64,000 bases of DNA from an uncultured Spirochaetota bacterium (GTDB lineage Bacteria; Spirochaetota; Brevinematia; Brevinematales; JAOACQ01): contig CAWAOD010000011.1 in assembly GCA_963783575.1 (NCBI GenBank), positions 384,001-448,000 of the forward strand. The letters run 5' to 3'. A program made the translations under genes and the position numbers. This document shows, one piece after another, positions 42,882-53,789 of this stretch (position 1 is its first letter; each line of letters opens with the position of its first letter). The notes below the pieces were generated by a model, which saw nothing but the letters and a program-made list of their open reading frames with translations, made no database searches and had not been told where the DNA came from.

Positions 42882-42926
42882 GAAGCCTTATTCAGCTTGA
42901 GCTTGGTAAACTTGTGTTTGCCGATA

Positions 42927-45311
42927 TCACAGCGGTTTGATTACCTCGGAAGTAAAGCATTCCACAATATCGCCCTTCTTGAAATTCTCATAATTTATAA
43001 AAGAAAGGCCGCACTCGAATCCTTCCTGTACTTCCGAGACATCGTCTTTAAACCGCTTGAGGGTGTTGATCTTTCCTTCCCAGACCTGTACCCCGTCTCG
43101 ATAAATCCGGACTTTTTCGCTTTTACGGATATATCCTTCCTTAACAATACCTCCGGCGATTTTACCCACATCTTTAATCTTAAATATATCAGTGATTTCG
43201 GCGTTTCCGATAACCTGTTCCTTAATTTCGGGAGTAAGCATTCCTTTCATTATCCCGTTGACATAATCAATCAATTCATATATGATATTAAATCTTTTGA
43301 TTATTATGCCTTCTGATTCGGCTTTTTCCTTTGCAATGGTATCCACCCGGACTCTGAAAGCCAGAATAATTACACCAATCTCGGCCGTGTTAGCCGTTGA
43401 TGATGCGAAAATAAGGTCGCTTTCCACAACGGCGCCGACTCCCGCATGAATCACGGTTACTTTAACCTCTTCATAAACAAGCCCAGATAATGCGTTTTTT
43501 ATTGCCTCAACCGATCCCTGAACGTCGCCTTTAATAATTACTTTTAATTCCTTCAAAGTCCCGGTTGACATTGCTTCCATTGCGTTCTGCATCTGTATTT
43601 TCTTTATATTTTTTATTTCTTCAATTTTTTTCAAATCCTGTCTTTTTGAAGTTATCTGTTTAGCAATTTCTTCATTTTCAACTATATAAAATTTATCCCC
43701 GGCATTCGGCACTTCATTAAAACCCATGATTTCTACCGGGTAGGAGGGCATGGCAACTTTTATTTTATTACCGTTCTCGTCAAACATTCCCCTGACTTTT
43801 CCCATTGTAATTCCGGCCAGGAAATTGTCCCCGATCTTTATGCAGCCGTTTTTGACTATAACTGTGGCAACAGCTCCTCTTCCGATATCCATTTTTGACT
43901 CGATTACATAACCTATACCCATCTTGTCCGGGTTGGCCTTTAATTCCAGAACTTCCGCCTGGAGGATTATCGCATCCAGAAGCTCCTGTATCCCGGTTTT
44001 TTTCAAAGCGGAAATATTCACAAACATATTTTCTCCGCCCCAATCCTCGCTCAGAATACTATGTTCCGACAACTGCTGTTTGACCCTCTCAGGATTCGAA
44101 TCCGGAAGGTCGGTTTTATTAACCGCTACTATGATTGGTACTTTAGCCGCCTTGGCATGGTTTAATGCTTCTAGAGTCTGAGGCATAACTCCGTCCACGG
44201 CTGAAACAACCAGAATTACAATATCCGTAACGTTTGCACCTCTTGCGCGCATTGCCGTGAATGCTTCATGGCCCGGTGTATCTATAAAAGTAATATCTCC
44301 TTTCGGGGTTTTAACACGGTAAGCGCCTATGTGCTGAGTAATACCGCCGCTCTCATGCTCTGCAATGGATGAATTCCTAATAGCATCGAGCAGCTTTGTT
44401 TTGCCATGATCGACATGACCCATAATGGTAACAACAGGAAACCTTGATGATAATGATTTTAAATCATCCGTTGCTTCTTTAATTTCTACTTCTTCTTTCA
44501 GGCTTTTAATATTTACCTTGCAGTTAAATTCGGACGCTACAATTGAAGCGGTGTCCGCATCGATCGTATCGTTAATTGTCGCTTGCACTCCAAGATCCAC
44601 CAGTTTTTGAATAATCCCCGATGCTTTTAAATTCATTTTTTTGGCAAGATCCGATATTTTAATAACTTCACCAATCTCAATTTCAGCCGGGATTACAGCC
44701 TCTCCCTTTTTTGTTTTTTTTCTTATTGAATCTTCCATTTTTGAAAGAAGAATTTCTTCCTCGCGGTATTTTAATTTCTCTTTTATATCGGCACCGCTTT
44801 TCGCCCTTGATACAAATGTAGTACGGTGTTTGCCCTTTCCGAGATGATCCTTTTCCTGTGAAGATTGCTCGGGTTGAACCGGTTTAAATGCGAACCGGTT
44901 TTGAAAACTTCCGCCTGCCGCTCTATCTTTAGACGGCGGTCCCCTTCTAACCCCATCTCTCTGAAATCCTGGCCTGGGACTTTGACCTGAAACAGGCCTT
45001 GCATCTTTATTGTGTCTTTGATATTCGAATTTTCTGGGTTTGTTGTCAAGAGCAGCCGATTCTTCAGGTTTCATCATCTTTGCAAACTTTTCATTCATTC
45101 TTTTCAAATGATCGCCGGGGGCTTCGACTTTTGGTTCTTCGGCTTTTGCAGGCTTGCTTTTTGTCTCTACCGCAGCTTTTTTTACCTTAACTTCTTCAGA
45201 TTTTTTTGTTTCTTCAGTCTTTTCAACAGCAGAAATATTATCAATAGGGGTTGAGACTTTTAGTTTTATCTTCTTTTTTATGACTTTTTTCTGGTTTTGA
45301 TCTTCATTCAT
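42927..45311 (-). CDS. infB: Translation initiation factor IF-2
   Basis: [26 protein letters not shown] and NKTD. Confidence 0.98.
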   Translation of the reverse strand: MNEDQNQKKVIKKKIKLKVSTPIDNISAVEKTEETKKSEEVKVKKAAVETKSKPAKAEEPKVEAPGDHLKRMNEKFAKMMKPEESAALDNKPRKFEYQRHNKDARPVSGQSPRPGFQRDGVRRGPPSKDRAAGGSFQNRFAFKPVQPEQSSQEKDHLGKGKHRTTFVSRAKSGADIKEKLKYREEEILLSKMEDSIRKKTKKGEAVIPAEIEIGEVIKISDLAKKMNLKASGIIQKLVDLGVQATINDTIDADTASIVASEFNCKVNIKSLKEEVEIKEATDDLKSLSSRFPVVTIMGHVDHGKTKLLDAIRNSSIAEHESGGITQHIGAYRVKTPKGDITFIDTPGHEAFTAMRARGANVTDIVILVVSAVDGVMPQTLEALNHAKAAKVPIIVAVNKTDLPDSNPERVKQQLSEHSILSEDWGGENMFVNISALKKTGIQELLDAIILQAEVLELKANPDKMGIGYVIESKMDIGRGAVATVIVKNGCIKIGDNFLAGITMGKVRGMFDENGNKIKVAMPSYPVEIMGFNEVPNAGDKFYIVENEEIAKQITSKRQDLKKIEEIKNIKKIQMQNAMEAMSTGTLKELKVIIKGDVQGSVEAIKNALSGLVYEEVKVTVIHAGVGAVVESDLIFASSTANTAEIGVIILAFRVRVDTIAKEKAESEGIIIKRFNIIYELIDYVNGIMKGMLTPEIKEQVIGNAEITDIFKIKDVGKIAGGIVKEGYIRKSEKVRIYRDGVQVWEGKINTLKRFKDDVSEVQEGFECGLSFINYENFKKGDIVECFTSEVIKPL

Positions 45312-45368
45312 AAACAAGCCTCCTGAACTTAAACAAAAATGTCTGAAGAAATTCCGGTAATAATTTGA

Positions 45369-46724
45369 TTAATCTGTTTCCTCTTCAATTTCCACGTTAT
45401 CTTCAATGACCTTCCATATTGCCATTGCTTCATCGATCGTAATATCACACTTTCTTGCCAGGTCTTCTATTGAGTATTCAATTATTTCAGCTATATCCTC
45501 AAACCCGGAATTTTCAAGTATATCGGCCTGCTCAGGGCTGAAAGGAAGCATTGATATAGGTATCTGCTCCTCTTCAATAAACTCTACCTGTTCGTCGCCG
45601 GAAATCCCTAGAATCTGATCGACTTCTTTCTGTTTTTCTGCAATTTTTATTTCAAAATCTGAATATGGAATAAAACGGATATTCCAGCCGGTTATCCGTT
45701 CGAGCATTCGCTGATGTACTCCTTTTTTGCCTATTAATGGAGCTACGAATTCATTAGGAACAACAACATATGCTTCTTTTGAATCCCCGGATAAATCCAC
45801 ATCAAATACTTCTGCAATTCTGTTTTTCAGTACCCTGCTTGCGGCGATTGAATTTTTTATTAATATTTTCGGATCATCGTTCCATTTTATTATTTCTATT
45901 CTTTCGGTCCCCAATTCGGCTCTAATGGGTTTAATCCTGGAACCCTGCTTCCCGATTGTTACACTAATCGGATCAATTGAGTCATTACTGGAATGCAGAA
46001 CAACTTTTGTAACCTCGCCGGCTTTTCTGGCAATTGCCCTGATAGAAAATGTGCTATCCGCAATTTCAGGAATATTTGCCCTGAGAAGTTCTTTAACAAA
46101 ATCTTCGCTGGTCCGGGACAATATAAGCTGTGAATCCTCGCGGTTGGAAACCTGGTTTACCTGCAGGAGTATGGCTTTTAAGAAATCACCCCTCTCGAAG
46201 GATTCATCGGGGATAGATTCGCTGTAAGGCAGAAACGCTTCGGTATCCTTGGGTTCAAGTGAAACATAATATCCGCTGAAACGGTAACCGTCGGTTTTTG
46301 ATTTTATCTTACCGACCACGATTTCGCCGACTTTGTTCTTATATTCATTGTAAATGACATCTTTCTGAATTTCACTTATTTTCTGCTTTAATATCTGTTT
46401 TACAATCTGCGCGATCTGTCTCCCGAATCCCTCAATTTCTATTGGTATTTTTACAAAGTCGCCAATATCAAGGGTTTTCTTTTTCGAATATTGCCTTGCT
46501 TCATCAAGATTTATCTCTGTTACGGCATTTTCAACATTTTCCACAATCTGCTTGATCTGGAACATTGAAAGTTTTTTTTCAAAATCTATTTCAACATTTT
46601 CAAATTCTTTTCCGTATTTCTTCTTATAGACACTTAGAAGAGCTTCCCTTAATATCTGGGTTGCCAATTCCTTGGAAATTTTATTTTCTTTTGCAAATTC
46701 TGAAATATAATCTAATATTGCCAT
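45369..46724 (-). CDS. nusA: Transcription factor NusA
   Basis: FGRQ.AQ..KQ, S1 domain, IPEI, AR.AG..TKV and KH motifs; operon context. Confidence 0.93.
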   Translation of the reverse strand: MAILDYISEFAKENKISKELATQILREALLSVYKKKYGKEFENVEIDFEKKLSMFQIKQIVENVENAVTEINLDEARQYSKKKTLDIGDFVKIPIEIEGFGRQIAQIVKQILKQKISEIQKDVIYNEYKNKVGEIVVGKIKSKTDGYRFSGYYVSLEPKDTEAFLPYSESIPDESFERGDFLKAILLQVNQVSNREDSQLILSRTSEDFVKELLRANIPEIADSTFSIRAIARKAGEVTKVVLHSSNDSIDPISVTIGKQGSRIKPIRAELGTERIEIIKWNDDPKILIKNSIAASRVLKNRIAEVFDVDLSGDSKEAYVVVPNEFVAPLIGKKGVHQRMLERITGWNIRFIPYSDFEIKIAEKQKEVDQILGISGDEQVEFIEEEQIPISMLPFSPEQADILENSGFEDIAEIIEYSIEDLARKCDITIDEAMAIWKVIEDNVEIEEETD

Positions 46725-46738
46725 TAAAAATCCTCCAG

Positions 46739-47218
46739 TTATAGGTATTTTTTTATATCAAAATATAATCTTGCCGAGAAATCGTTATTATCCAGTTTAT
46801 ATTCCGTATCGTTATGTTTGATAATGACTTTATTATCTTCAAACCTTAAAATGTTTCCGATCAGGACAGAGTCTTTTATACCGTATTTATCAGGCTTTTT
46901 TATTACAAACCGGATTTCTTTATCGCTGAAGATCTTTAATTCTTCCAGACTTTCAAGCTTTCTATCTACTCCCGGAGATTCGACTAAAAGGTCATAATTC
47001 TCGGAAAAGTCCGGGATTTCAAGTTCAAGCCTTCTTAGCAGAACATTGGAAACCTTCGCGCAGTCATCCATGGATATATCGGAATTTTTTTTATAAATAA
47101 CGGCTTTTAGCGTTCTGCCGCTTTTACTTACGGCTAAGTTAATATCAACACTTATATAACCAAGTGTTTCGATCGTATCTTTTGCCATAGAAATAATTTT
47201 TTCTTTTAGAGGTAGCAT
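46739..47218 (-). CDS. rimP: Ribosome maturation factor RimP
   Basis: DDCA.VS and Y.L.V.SPG.DR.L; upstream of nusA. Confidence 0.9.
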   Translation of the reverse strand: MLPLKEKIISMAKDTIETLGYISVDINLAVSKSGRTLKAVIYKKNSDISMDDCAKVSNVLLRRLELEIPDFSENYDLLVESPGVDRKLESLEELKIFSDKEIRFVIKKPDKYGIKDSVLIGNILRFEDNKVIIKHNDTEYKLDNNDFSARLYFDIKKYL

Positions 47219-47243
47219 ATCAATACCCGATACTTTGTTTAAC

Positions 47244-47272
47244 AAAAAAGGAGTCGGTTATTCCGACTCCTT
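47244..47272 (-). terminator. Leader terminator/attenuator of the rimP-nusA-infB operon
   Basis: Minus strand AAGGAGTCGG-AATAA-CCGACTCCTTTTTT, between the promoter and rimP. Confidence 0.75.
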
Positions 47273-47297
47273 CATGTTCATCCAATCAACCGCATAT

Positions 47298-47326
47298 ATT
47301 TTAAATAATCAGTGTAAATATGTCAA
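47298..47326 (-). promoter_or_regulatory. sigma70 promoter of the rimP operon
   Basis: Minus strand TTGACA-17 bp-TAAAAT. Confidence 0.75.
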
Positions 47327-47387
47327 TAATTGTTTGCTCAGTTTAGAATTTTAACTCTAAATTATTTTCACTTATCAAAGCACCCGG

Positions 47388-48263
47388 TTATTTCTTTAAC
47401 GGAATAACCCCAGCCATTTCACCAAGGACATTAACCAGGTCAGACCCTGCCGGGACTACTATTTTCATATTATTTTTTAATGATTCTTCAAGCATCTGTA
47501 TCTTCCTGAGGATCTGGGCATTACCGATAAAGTATTGATTGGCCGCTTCATTTACAACCTTGATTGCCTGTGCCTCGCCCTCAGCCTCCAGAATCTTAGC
47601 CTGCCTTATGCCTTCCGCTTTCTTTATTTCCGCCCTCTTTTGACCGTCAGCTGCGGTTTCTGTCGCTGTCGCGAAGTCTATGGCTGCTATTTTCTCATTC
47701 TCAGCTTTTACAACCTTGTTCATTGTTTCCTGGACATCCTTTGGCGGGTCGATTTCCTTAAGCTCGGTACGAACAATCTCAAGTCCCCAGCTTGCAGTTT
47801 CTTTGCATAGCGTATCCAATAAATCGGCATTTATCCTGCTTCTTTCGCTGTTAGCTGATTTCAAAGTCATCGTACCTATTATATTTCTCAGGGTGGTTCT
47901 TGCGAGGTTAACAATCTGATTCTGATAATTATATACGTTATACTGCGATCCTTTAACGCTATCCTCATCAGGTTTTACCTTAAAATATACCTGGGCGTCA
48001 ACCCTGGCATTCAGATTGTCATTAGTGATTATTTCCTGCGGTTCCGCATTAACCATCTGCTCGGTTATGTTGATTTGATACATTTTTTCTATTATCGGAA
48101 TGATCCAGTGGAATCCGGGAAATGCAAAATGAACATACTTGCCGAGCCGTTCAATCAAGCCGCGGTGAGTCGGCCGGACAATCCTGATTCCGGAAAAGAA
48201 AATGATCAATAACAAACAAACCAGTAACGTAATCAACCATCCGTAATTACTGATCTCTGACAT
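47388..48263 (-). CDS. SPFH/band 7 (stomatin-like) membrane protein
   Basis: N-terminal TM; ERLGKY, PG.H.IIP, QEIIT.DN and LRNIIG motifs; AE-rich coiled coil. Confidence 0.93.
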   Translation of the reverse strand: MSEISNYGWLITLLVCLLLIIFFSGIRIVRPTHRGLIERLGKYVHFAFPGFHWIIPIIEKMYQINITEQMVNAEPQEIITNDNLNARVDAQVYFKVKPDEDSVKGSQYNVYNYQNQIVNLARTTLRNIIGTMTLKSANSERSRINADLLDTLCKETASWGLEIVRTELKEIDPPKDVQETMNKVVKAENEKIAAIDFATATETAADGQKRAEIKKAEGIRQAKILEAEGEAQAIKVVNEAANQYFIGNAQILRKIQMLEESLKNNMKIVVPAGSDLVNVLGEMAGVIPLKK

Positions 48264-48619
48264 ATTAGCCTCCTAAATTTCAATTGAATTCTTTAATCAA
48301 TCGACTCGTGACATTGATCCTTGCCGAAGGGAAGTTCAGACAAGTTTTCCTGTGAAATAACTATTCGGCCCCATAAATCTATACTTGTTTTTACCCAATA
48401 ATTACAAAAACTGGTGTAAATTTATGAGATTTGTAGCATAAAGACAAGAAAAGTATATGCCTGAGTGGTAATAAATAAAGATAATAAAGAATGTGATATA
48501 TGTCAACAGAAAAATGTTAAATCAATAGATATTTACATCATTATTACTAAAATATTGGCTATATCATTTTTTTATCTTTAAAATATGAATAAGCATATAA
48601 TAATTAAAGGAAAGATTTT

Positions 48620-49933
48620 ATGCCGTCATATGAAAAATTATATAATCAGATGCCGGATGGTACTTTAAAGCAGATAAATCCATACAATGGAACTGAGGTC
48701 TGGTGTGTTGAAGAAAGGAAAAGAGGGCCGGCGATAAATCCTCCTCCGGAAAATCCTCAGCTTTTAACTGTTAAGACCCCTGAAGATTATTGCCACTTCT
48801 GTGAGAGAAAATATTTGTATTGCACACCTGAAAAGGCCAGGGTTATTAAAGATAAAAATGGAATATGGCAGAAGATATATCATATTCTTCCGGAAGAACT
48901 GGATAATATATATGCCGATTTCAGAAGAATGGGAAATCTTTATGAAATAGTCACATTTGATTATTGGGCTAGGAACTATGGCTATCGTATGAAGCGGGAA
49001 ATGCTTGACTGGAAAGAAAACTACCTGTCTTCTTCGAAAGGCTATGAACATGTTATGAATATGCTGGCAATTAAAATGAAAAGAATAGGCCTTGATTTAA
49101 AAAAAATGAGCAGGGAAAAGAGGCTTGAAAGAAGCAATTCCTTTTTCGGCGGATGTCATGAACTAATAATCGGGAGAAAACATTATAAAGATGGGGCGCA
49201 CTATACCCATGAATTATGCTCCTCAGGGGAGTTGACGGCGGAAGAGCATTATCAATATTTTAAGTTTACCGTAGAATGCATATCGGATCTTTATGAGCAG
49301 AATCCTTTCATCCGTTATGTGAGCGTTTTTCAAAACTGGCTGAGACCTGCAGGCGCCTCATTTGATCACCTTCATAAACAGCTTGTCGGACTGGATGAAT
49401 GGGGCGTGCAGTTTGAACATGAAATAGCCGAATTGAGCAAAGACCCGAATCTATATAATGAATATTCGGTTAATTTCGCGGTTTATAATTCCCTTTTAAT
49501 CGCTGAAAATGATTATGCCATTGCTCTTTCAGAGATCGGGCACAGGTTTCCGACAGTTTCAATATACTCAAAAAGCGATAAAAGCCGGCCCAATGAACAC
49601 AGCCAGGAAGAAATCAGGGGAATGAGTGATATCGTTCATGCCATTCATACCGTTATAACAAGCCAGACAACATGCAACGAAGAATGGTATTATTCTCCTA
49701 TTGATTCAATTTTTAAATCGCCATGGCATATTTCTATAAAACTGAGGGTTAATACACCGGCTGGATTTGAAGGAAATACAAAGATATATATTAATCCTAT
49801 AAGTCCGCATAAATTAACCGAGGAAATTATAGGAGCCTTGCAGAATATGAAGCTGAAAGGGAAGATAGGGCGGTGGATTTTGATCGGAGAAGAAGTGAAG
49901 AGAAAACCGAATGCTTTGAATTATTATAAATGA
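48620..49933 (+). CDS. DUF4921-family (GalT/HIT-like) protein
   Basis: DGT.KQ.NP..GTEVW, FQNWL.PAGASFDHLHKQ and PAGFEG.TKIYIN. Confidence 0.8.
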   Translation: MPSYEKLYNQMPDGTLKQINPYNGTEVWCVEERKRGPAINPPPENPQLLTVKTPEDYCHFCERKYLYCTPEKARVIKDKNGIWQKIYHILPEELDNIYADFRRMGNLYEIVTFDYWARNYGYRMKREMLDWKENYLSSSKGYEHVMNMLAIKMKRIGLDLKKMSREKRLERSNSFFGGCHELIIGRKHYKDGAHYTHELCSSGELTAEEHYQYFKFTVECISDLYEQNPFIRYVSVFQNWLRPAGASFDHLHKQLVGLDEWGVQFEHEIAELSKDPNLYNEYSVNFAVYNSLLIAENDYAIALSEIGHRFPTVSIYSKSDKSRPNEHSQEEIRGMSDIVHAIHTVITSQTTCNEEWYYSPIDSIFKSPWHISIKLRVNTPAGFEGNTKIYINPISPHKLTEEIIGALQNMKLKGKIGRWILIGEEVKRKPNALNYYK

Positions 49934-50053
49934 AACCTCCGAGTATCTTAAATCTCAGAAATTAGATACTTAGATTTTGTTTATTTCTATCCGGTTAGTT
50001 ACCGATAAAACATAAGTAAATCTTATTACCCATTTCCATGCAGGAGATATTAG

Positions 50054-51198
50054 ATGTCTTTAATTGAATTTCAAATACCAACCAACATTATTTATGGAAA
50101 TGACAGCCTTCTCAGAATTCCCGAAATTGCTACACCTAATGGGGAAAAGGTTGTTATTGTTACTGAAAGCAATGCTTTTGATCTTGGATTGACAAACCGT
50201 GTAAAAAGATTGCTTGAAGGATACGCTTATGATATTATTATTTATGAAGTGCCTGAAAAAGCAAATACAAAGGATCTCTTTGAAGGGGTCAATATAACAA
50301 AAAGCGGAAGGGCTGATGTTGTTATCGGAATCGGCAAAGAAAACGCCCTTTCAATCGCGAAATGCATAGCTCAGTTCAGTACACAGGAATTAACTAAAGA
50401 GGAACAAAAGAGCCATAAAAAGTTTGCTCTTAAAAAGGTGAAATATATTGAAATTCCATATATGCAGACACTATCCTGGGGACTTTTGCCTCTTACTTAT
50501 ATTATAGATGAGTCTGATAAAATTAAAAAACCTTATGCTGATAAGGAAGCTGTGGCAGCGGCATTGATAATAGACCCGTCAATATGCGAGGAAGTGCCGC
50601 TTATGGATGTAATATATGCGGGCCTGGAGGCTATATCATATTCTTTTGATGCATACATATCCAAAAAGGCTACGCCTCTGTCGGATTCTTTCAGTTTGAA
50701 GGCTATAGAATATTTAAGCATTAATCTAAAGAGGCTTGCGCTGGAACCTGCCAATACTAAAATTAAGGGCAACCTGAGTATGGGGCTCTTCTGGCATCAT
50801 TGGCTATTTTTACATCTTCGCTGGGAATGGCTTCAGCCTGTTCAATGGGGTTGGTTGCCGTTACGAATATGACGGAACAAAGGGTATCGAGCGTGATTTT
50901 ACCTCATATTATGGAATTCAATCTGACGGCAGCTGCAAATAAATTCATACAGATAGCGATGGCCCTTGGTGAGAAAGTTGCCGATATCACAGTAATTGAA
51001 GCTGCAATTATGGCGATTGAATCAATCAGAAGAATGATGATTGATCTTCATATTCCGCAGAGACTGTCTGAATATAATATAACACAGGAAAATATCGAAT
51101 ATGCTTCAAGAATCGCTTCACAATATGATTTTTTAACATTTATACCGAGGCCGGCAGGAAGAAATGAAATCAACGAGATTTTTTCTGCCGCATTATAG
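50054..51198 (+). CDS. Iron-containing alcohol dehydrogenase-fold protein (frameshift near 50790)
   Basis: F..PT.I.YG, DP, ATPLSD...KAI, LPH.MEFN and IP.RLSEY. Confidence 0.8.
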
Positions 51199-51223
51199 TA
51201 AGTATAAACGGAGGAAATGATCT

Positions 51224-52978
51224 ATGGCTTTAAAAATTAATGATTTGCAGGCAGTTTTGGAAATTAATAGAAAGATAAATTCAATCGGAGACGTAAAAAG
51301 TATTTTAAATGATATATCGCATTATGCAGGTGTACTGTTGAACTCCGAAGGAGCCTCAATTTTATTAGTCGATCAGCCGACGGGTAATCTTCATTTTGAA
51401 GTAGCTTTTGGTCAAAGTGTTAATACGCTGCTCGATATTATTGTCCCCAAAGGCAAGGGTATCGCCGGTTTTTCAGCGGCGACAAAACAGCATGTTGTTG
51501 TAAACGATGCTCAGAATGATGAAAGATTCTATAAAGAAGTGGATGAAAAAACAAATATTCAGACCAGAAGCCTTGTTGCTATGCCTCTCGTCCATAAAGA
51601 CACAGTTATCGGCGTTATTGAGGTGATTAATCCTGAGAACGGTATTTTTACGGAAGATGATATTATTCTGCTGAGACAGTTTGCCGAACAGGCGGCGATT
51701 GCTATTGCCAATGCCCTATTGTACAAACAGTTAATGGATAAAGCCAGCGAACTTGAATACCTATATCAGATCAGTAATTTAACAAACACGATTTATGATA
51801 AGCGAGAACTTTTTGATAAGATTGCCATTCTTATTTCAAAAGCATTTTCTTCCAACAGGGTTTCAATTATGTTTATCAATGAAGAATCGGGAAAATTATA
51901 TATTGAAAGCTCTGTGGGCATTCCGGAAGATGTTCTTGATAAAGTGGAAAACAGCATCAATCTGTCGAAAATTTCAAGTAGAGTCATTACTCTGGGTAAA
52001 GTTGTTTTCGGGAATGATATTGAAAAAGCAGGTCATGGCAGGAATAAAAAACTCCGGTATAGTAAAACCGCTTTTATAAGCCTTCCGATCAAGGTTAAGA
52101 ATATTCCTATCGGTGTTATAAATATATCTGAACCAAATGAGAATACAAGGTATTCCACCGGTATAATCAAAACCCTTGAAACAATTGCAAATCAGCTCGG
52201 GCATTCTTATGAAAGTATTTTAAATCATTTGGAAACAATTGAAAATGAGAAGATCAGGAAGGAAATCGATATAATGAAAACCCTTCAAAACGCTTTATTG
52301 ATAAAAGATTTCAGTAATTATAAAAATATTTCCATTTATGCCAGGATGGTAAGCGCAGAGGTTGTCGGCGGAGATTTTTATGATGTCTACCGCTTTTCTC
52401 CGGCAAGGATAGGTTTTGTAATAGGCGATGTGTCAGGTAAGGGTCTGCCTGCTTCGCTGTATATGGCTGTATCCAGAAGCGTGATTAAGGCATATGCCTA
52501 TCAAATTAGCGAACCGAGTAAATTGCTGGAATATTCTAATGAGATTTTGGTTGATGATTCAAGGGTTGGCATGTTTGTTACTGTCTTCTATGGTATTCTG
52601 GACCTTGAAAGCAGAACATTTGTGTTTTCGAATGCGGGACATAACCAGCAGTATTTATATAACCCGTTAAAAGGTGAGTTTTATTCCCTTTCAAGCAAGG
52701 GCATTCCTCTCGGAATTTCAAGGCTTGAAAAATATCAGCCCCTGAAAGTAAAACTCGATTCAGGTGATATAATATTTTCCTTTACGGATGGTGTTACCGA
52801 TGCCGTTAATGATAAAGGCGAAGACTTTGGCCTTGACAGGCTTAAAAATGTTGTAAAAAATTATGCTCCTGCAAACTCTCCGACAATTGTCAATTCTATT
52901 ATCAGGGAAGTTGATGCCTGGGCTAATGGCGTTCCTCAATGGGATGACATTACTGTTATTGCATTCAAAATGCCTTAA
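51224..52978 (+). CDS. GAF-GAF-SpoIIE (RsbU-like PP2C) phosphatase
   Basis: Two GAF domains; VGGDFYD, GDVSGKG, NAGH, TDGV and DDIT. Confidence 0.93.
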   Translation: MALKINDLQAVLEINRKINSIGDVKSILNDISHYAGVLLNSEGASILLVDQPTGNLHFEVAFGQSVNTLLDIIVPKGKGIAGFSAATKQHVVVNDAQNDERFYKEVDEKTNIQTRSLVAMPLVHKDTVIGVIEVINPENGIFTEDDIILLRQFAEQAAIAIANALLYKQLMDKASELEYLYQISNLTNTIYDKRELFDKIAILISKAFSSNRVSIMFINEESGKLYIESSVGIPEDVLDKVENSINLSKISSRVITLGKVVFGNDIEKAGHGRNKKLRYSKTAFISLPIKVKNIPIGVINISEPNENTRYSTGIIKTLETIANQLGHSYESILNHLETIENEKIRKEIDIMKTLQNALLIKDFSNYKNISIYARMVSAEVVGGDFYDVYRFSPARIGFVIGDVSGKGLPASLYMAVSRSVIKAYAYQISEPSKLLEYSNEILVDDSRVGMFVTVFYGILDLESRTFVFSNAGHNQQYLYNPLKGEFYSLSSKGIPLGISRLEKYQPLKVKLDSGDIIFSFTDGVTDAVNDKGEDFGLDRLKNVVKNYAPANSPTIVNSIIREVDAWANGVPQWDDITVIAFKMP

Positions 52979-53039
52979 ATCTCTGTGGTAAAATTTGAAT
53001 TTATTGACAAAAATCATGCGAAATTTAAGAGAATTTAAA

Positions 53040-53783
53040 ATGGTTAAAAATAATCCAGAATATATTCTGTTTCCGGATTTTTCAAGTAAAAAAATGGTTT
53101 GTGGAACTACAATAAAAGGCATGAATTTTGCTCTTCATACAATTTATAATCAAACGGATAAAGAATGGGTAAGCAATAATAGAAAAGATTTACTTGAAAA
53201 TCTAGGATATCAGAACTTAATTACCCTTAATCAAATTCATTCGAGCAGGGTACACTTAATTACAGAAAATAACTTAAACCGGTTCTTAAACAATTCATTT
53301 ATAGAAGGGGATGGAATCTTAACCTCTTTAAAGGGAATCATTATTGGGATTTTGTCAGCCGATTGCGTACCGGTTTTTTACACTAATGCCAAAAACTCAT
53401 TTTGCGGTATAGTCCATGCCGGATGGAAAGGGATCTGCCAAAAAATACATCTAGAAATGCTTGCAAAAATAATTACTGAACATCTATGCAGTAATGATGA
53501 GTTACAGATAATTATAGGACCGCATATCAGGAAATGTTGTTATGAAATAAAAAGAGACCTGTTATTAAAGATGGATACAAAATTCTTCATAATGACTAAT
53601 AATAAAATTTATCTTGACCTGGAATCCATCATTATTAATGAACTTATTTTGAACGGTATAGATAAAAATAATATAATCAAAACCAAAGTCTGTACAAAAT
53701 GCAATAAAAACCCTGAATTTTATTCATATCGTAATGGTGATTTTACCGGGCGAAACCTGTCGTTTATAGGAATTAAAAATTGA
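53040..53783 (+). CDS. pgeF: PgeF/YfiH laccase-domain protein
   Basis: QIHS, ADCVP, HAGWKG, GP.I..CCYE and FYSYR. Confidence 0.92.
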   Translation: MVKNNPEYILFPDFSSKKMVCGTTIKGMNFALHTIYNQTDKEWVSNNRKDLLENLGYQNLITLNQIHSSRVHLITENNLNRFLNNSFIEGDGILTSLKGIIIGILSADCVPVFYTNAKNSFCGIVHAGWKGICQKIHLEMLAKIITEHLCSNDELQIIIGPHIRKCCYEIKRDLLLKMDTKFFIMTNNKIYLDLESIIINELILNGIDKNNIIKTKVCTKCNKNPEFYSYRNGDFTGRNLSFIGIKN

Positions 53784-53789
53784 CCGCAA

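Noticed and set aside
42343..46227. Plus-strand ORFs opposite rbfA, infB and nusA (and similar shadow ORFs throughout the window)
   Set aside because: They are antisense shadows of well-supported genes with no independent evidence.
48290..48380. Structured leader upstream of the SPFH gene
   Set aside because: Only a short GCCGAA/TTCGGC pairing; no recognisable riboswitch motif and no second copy.
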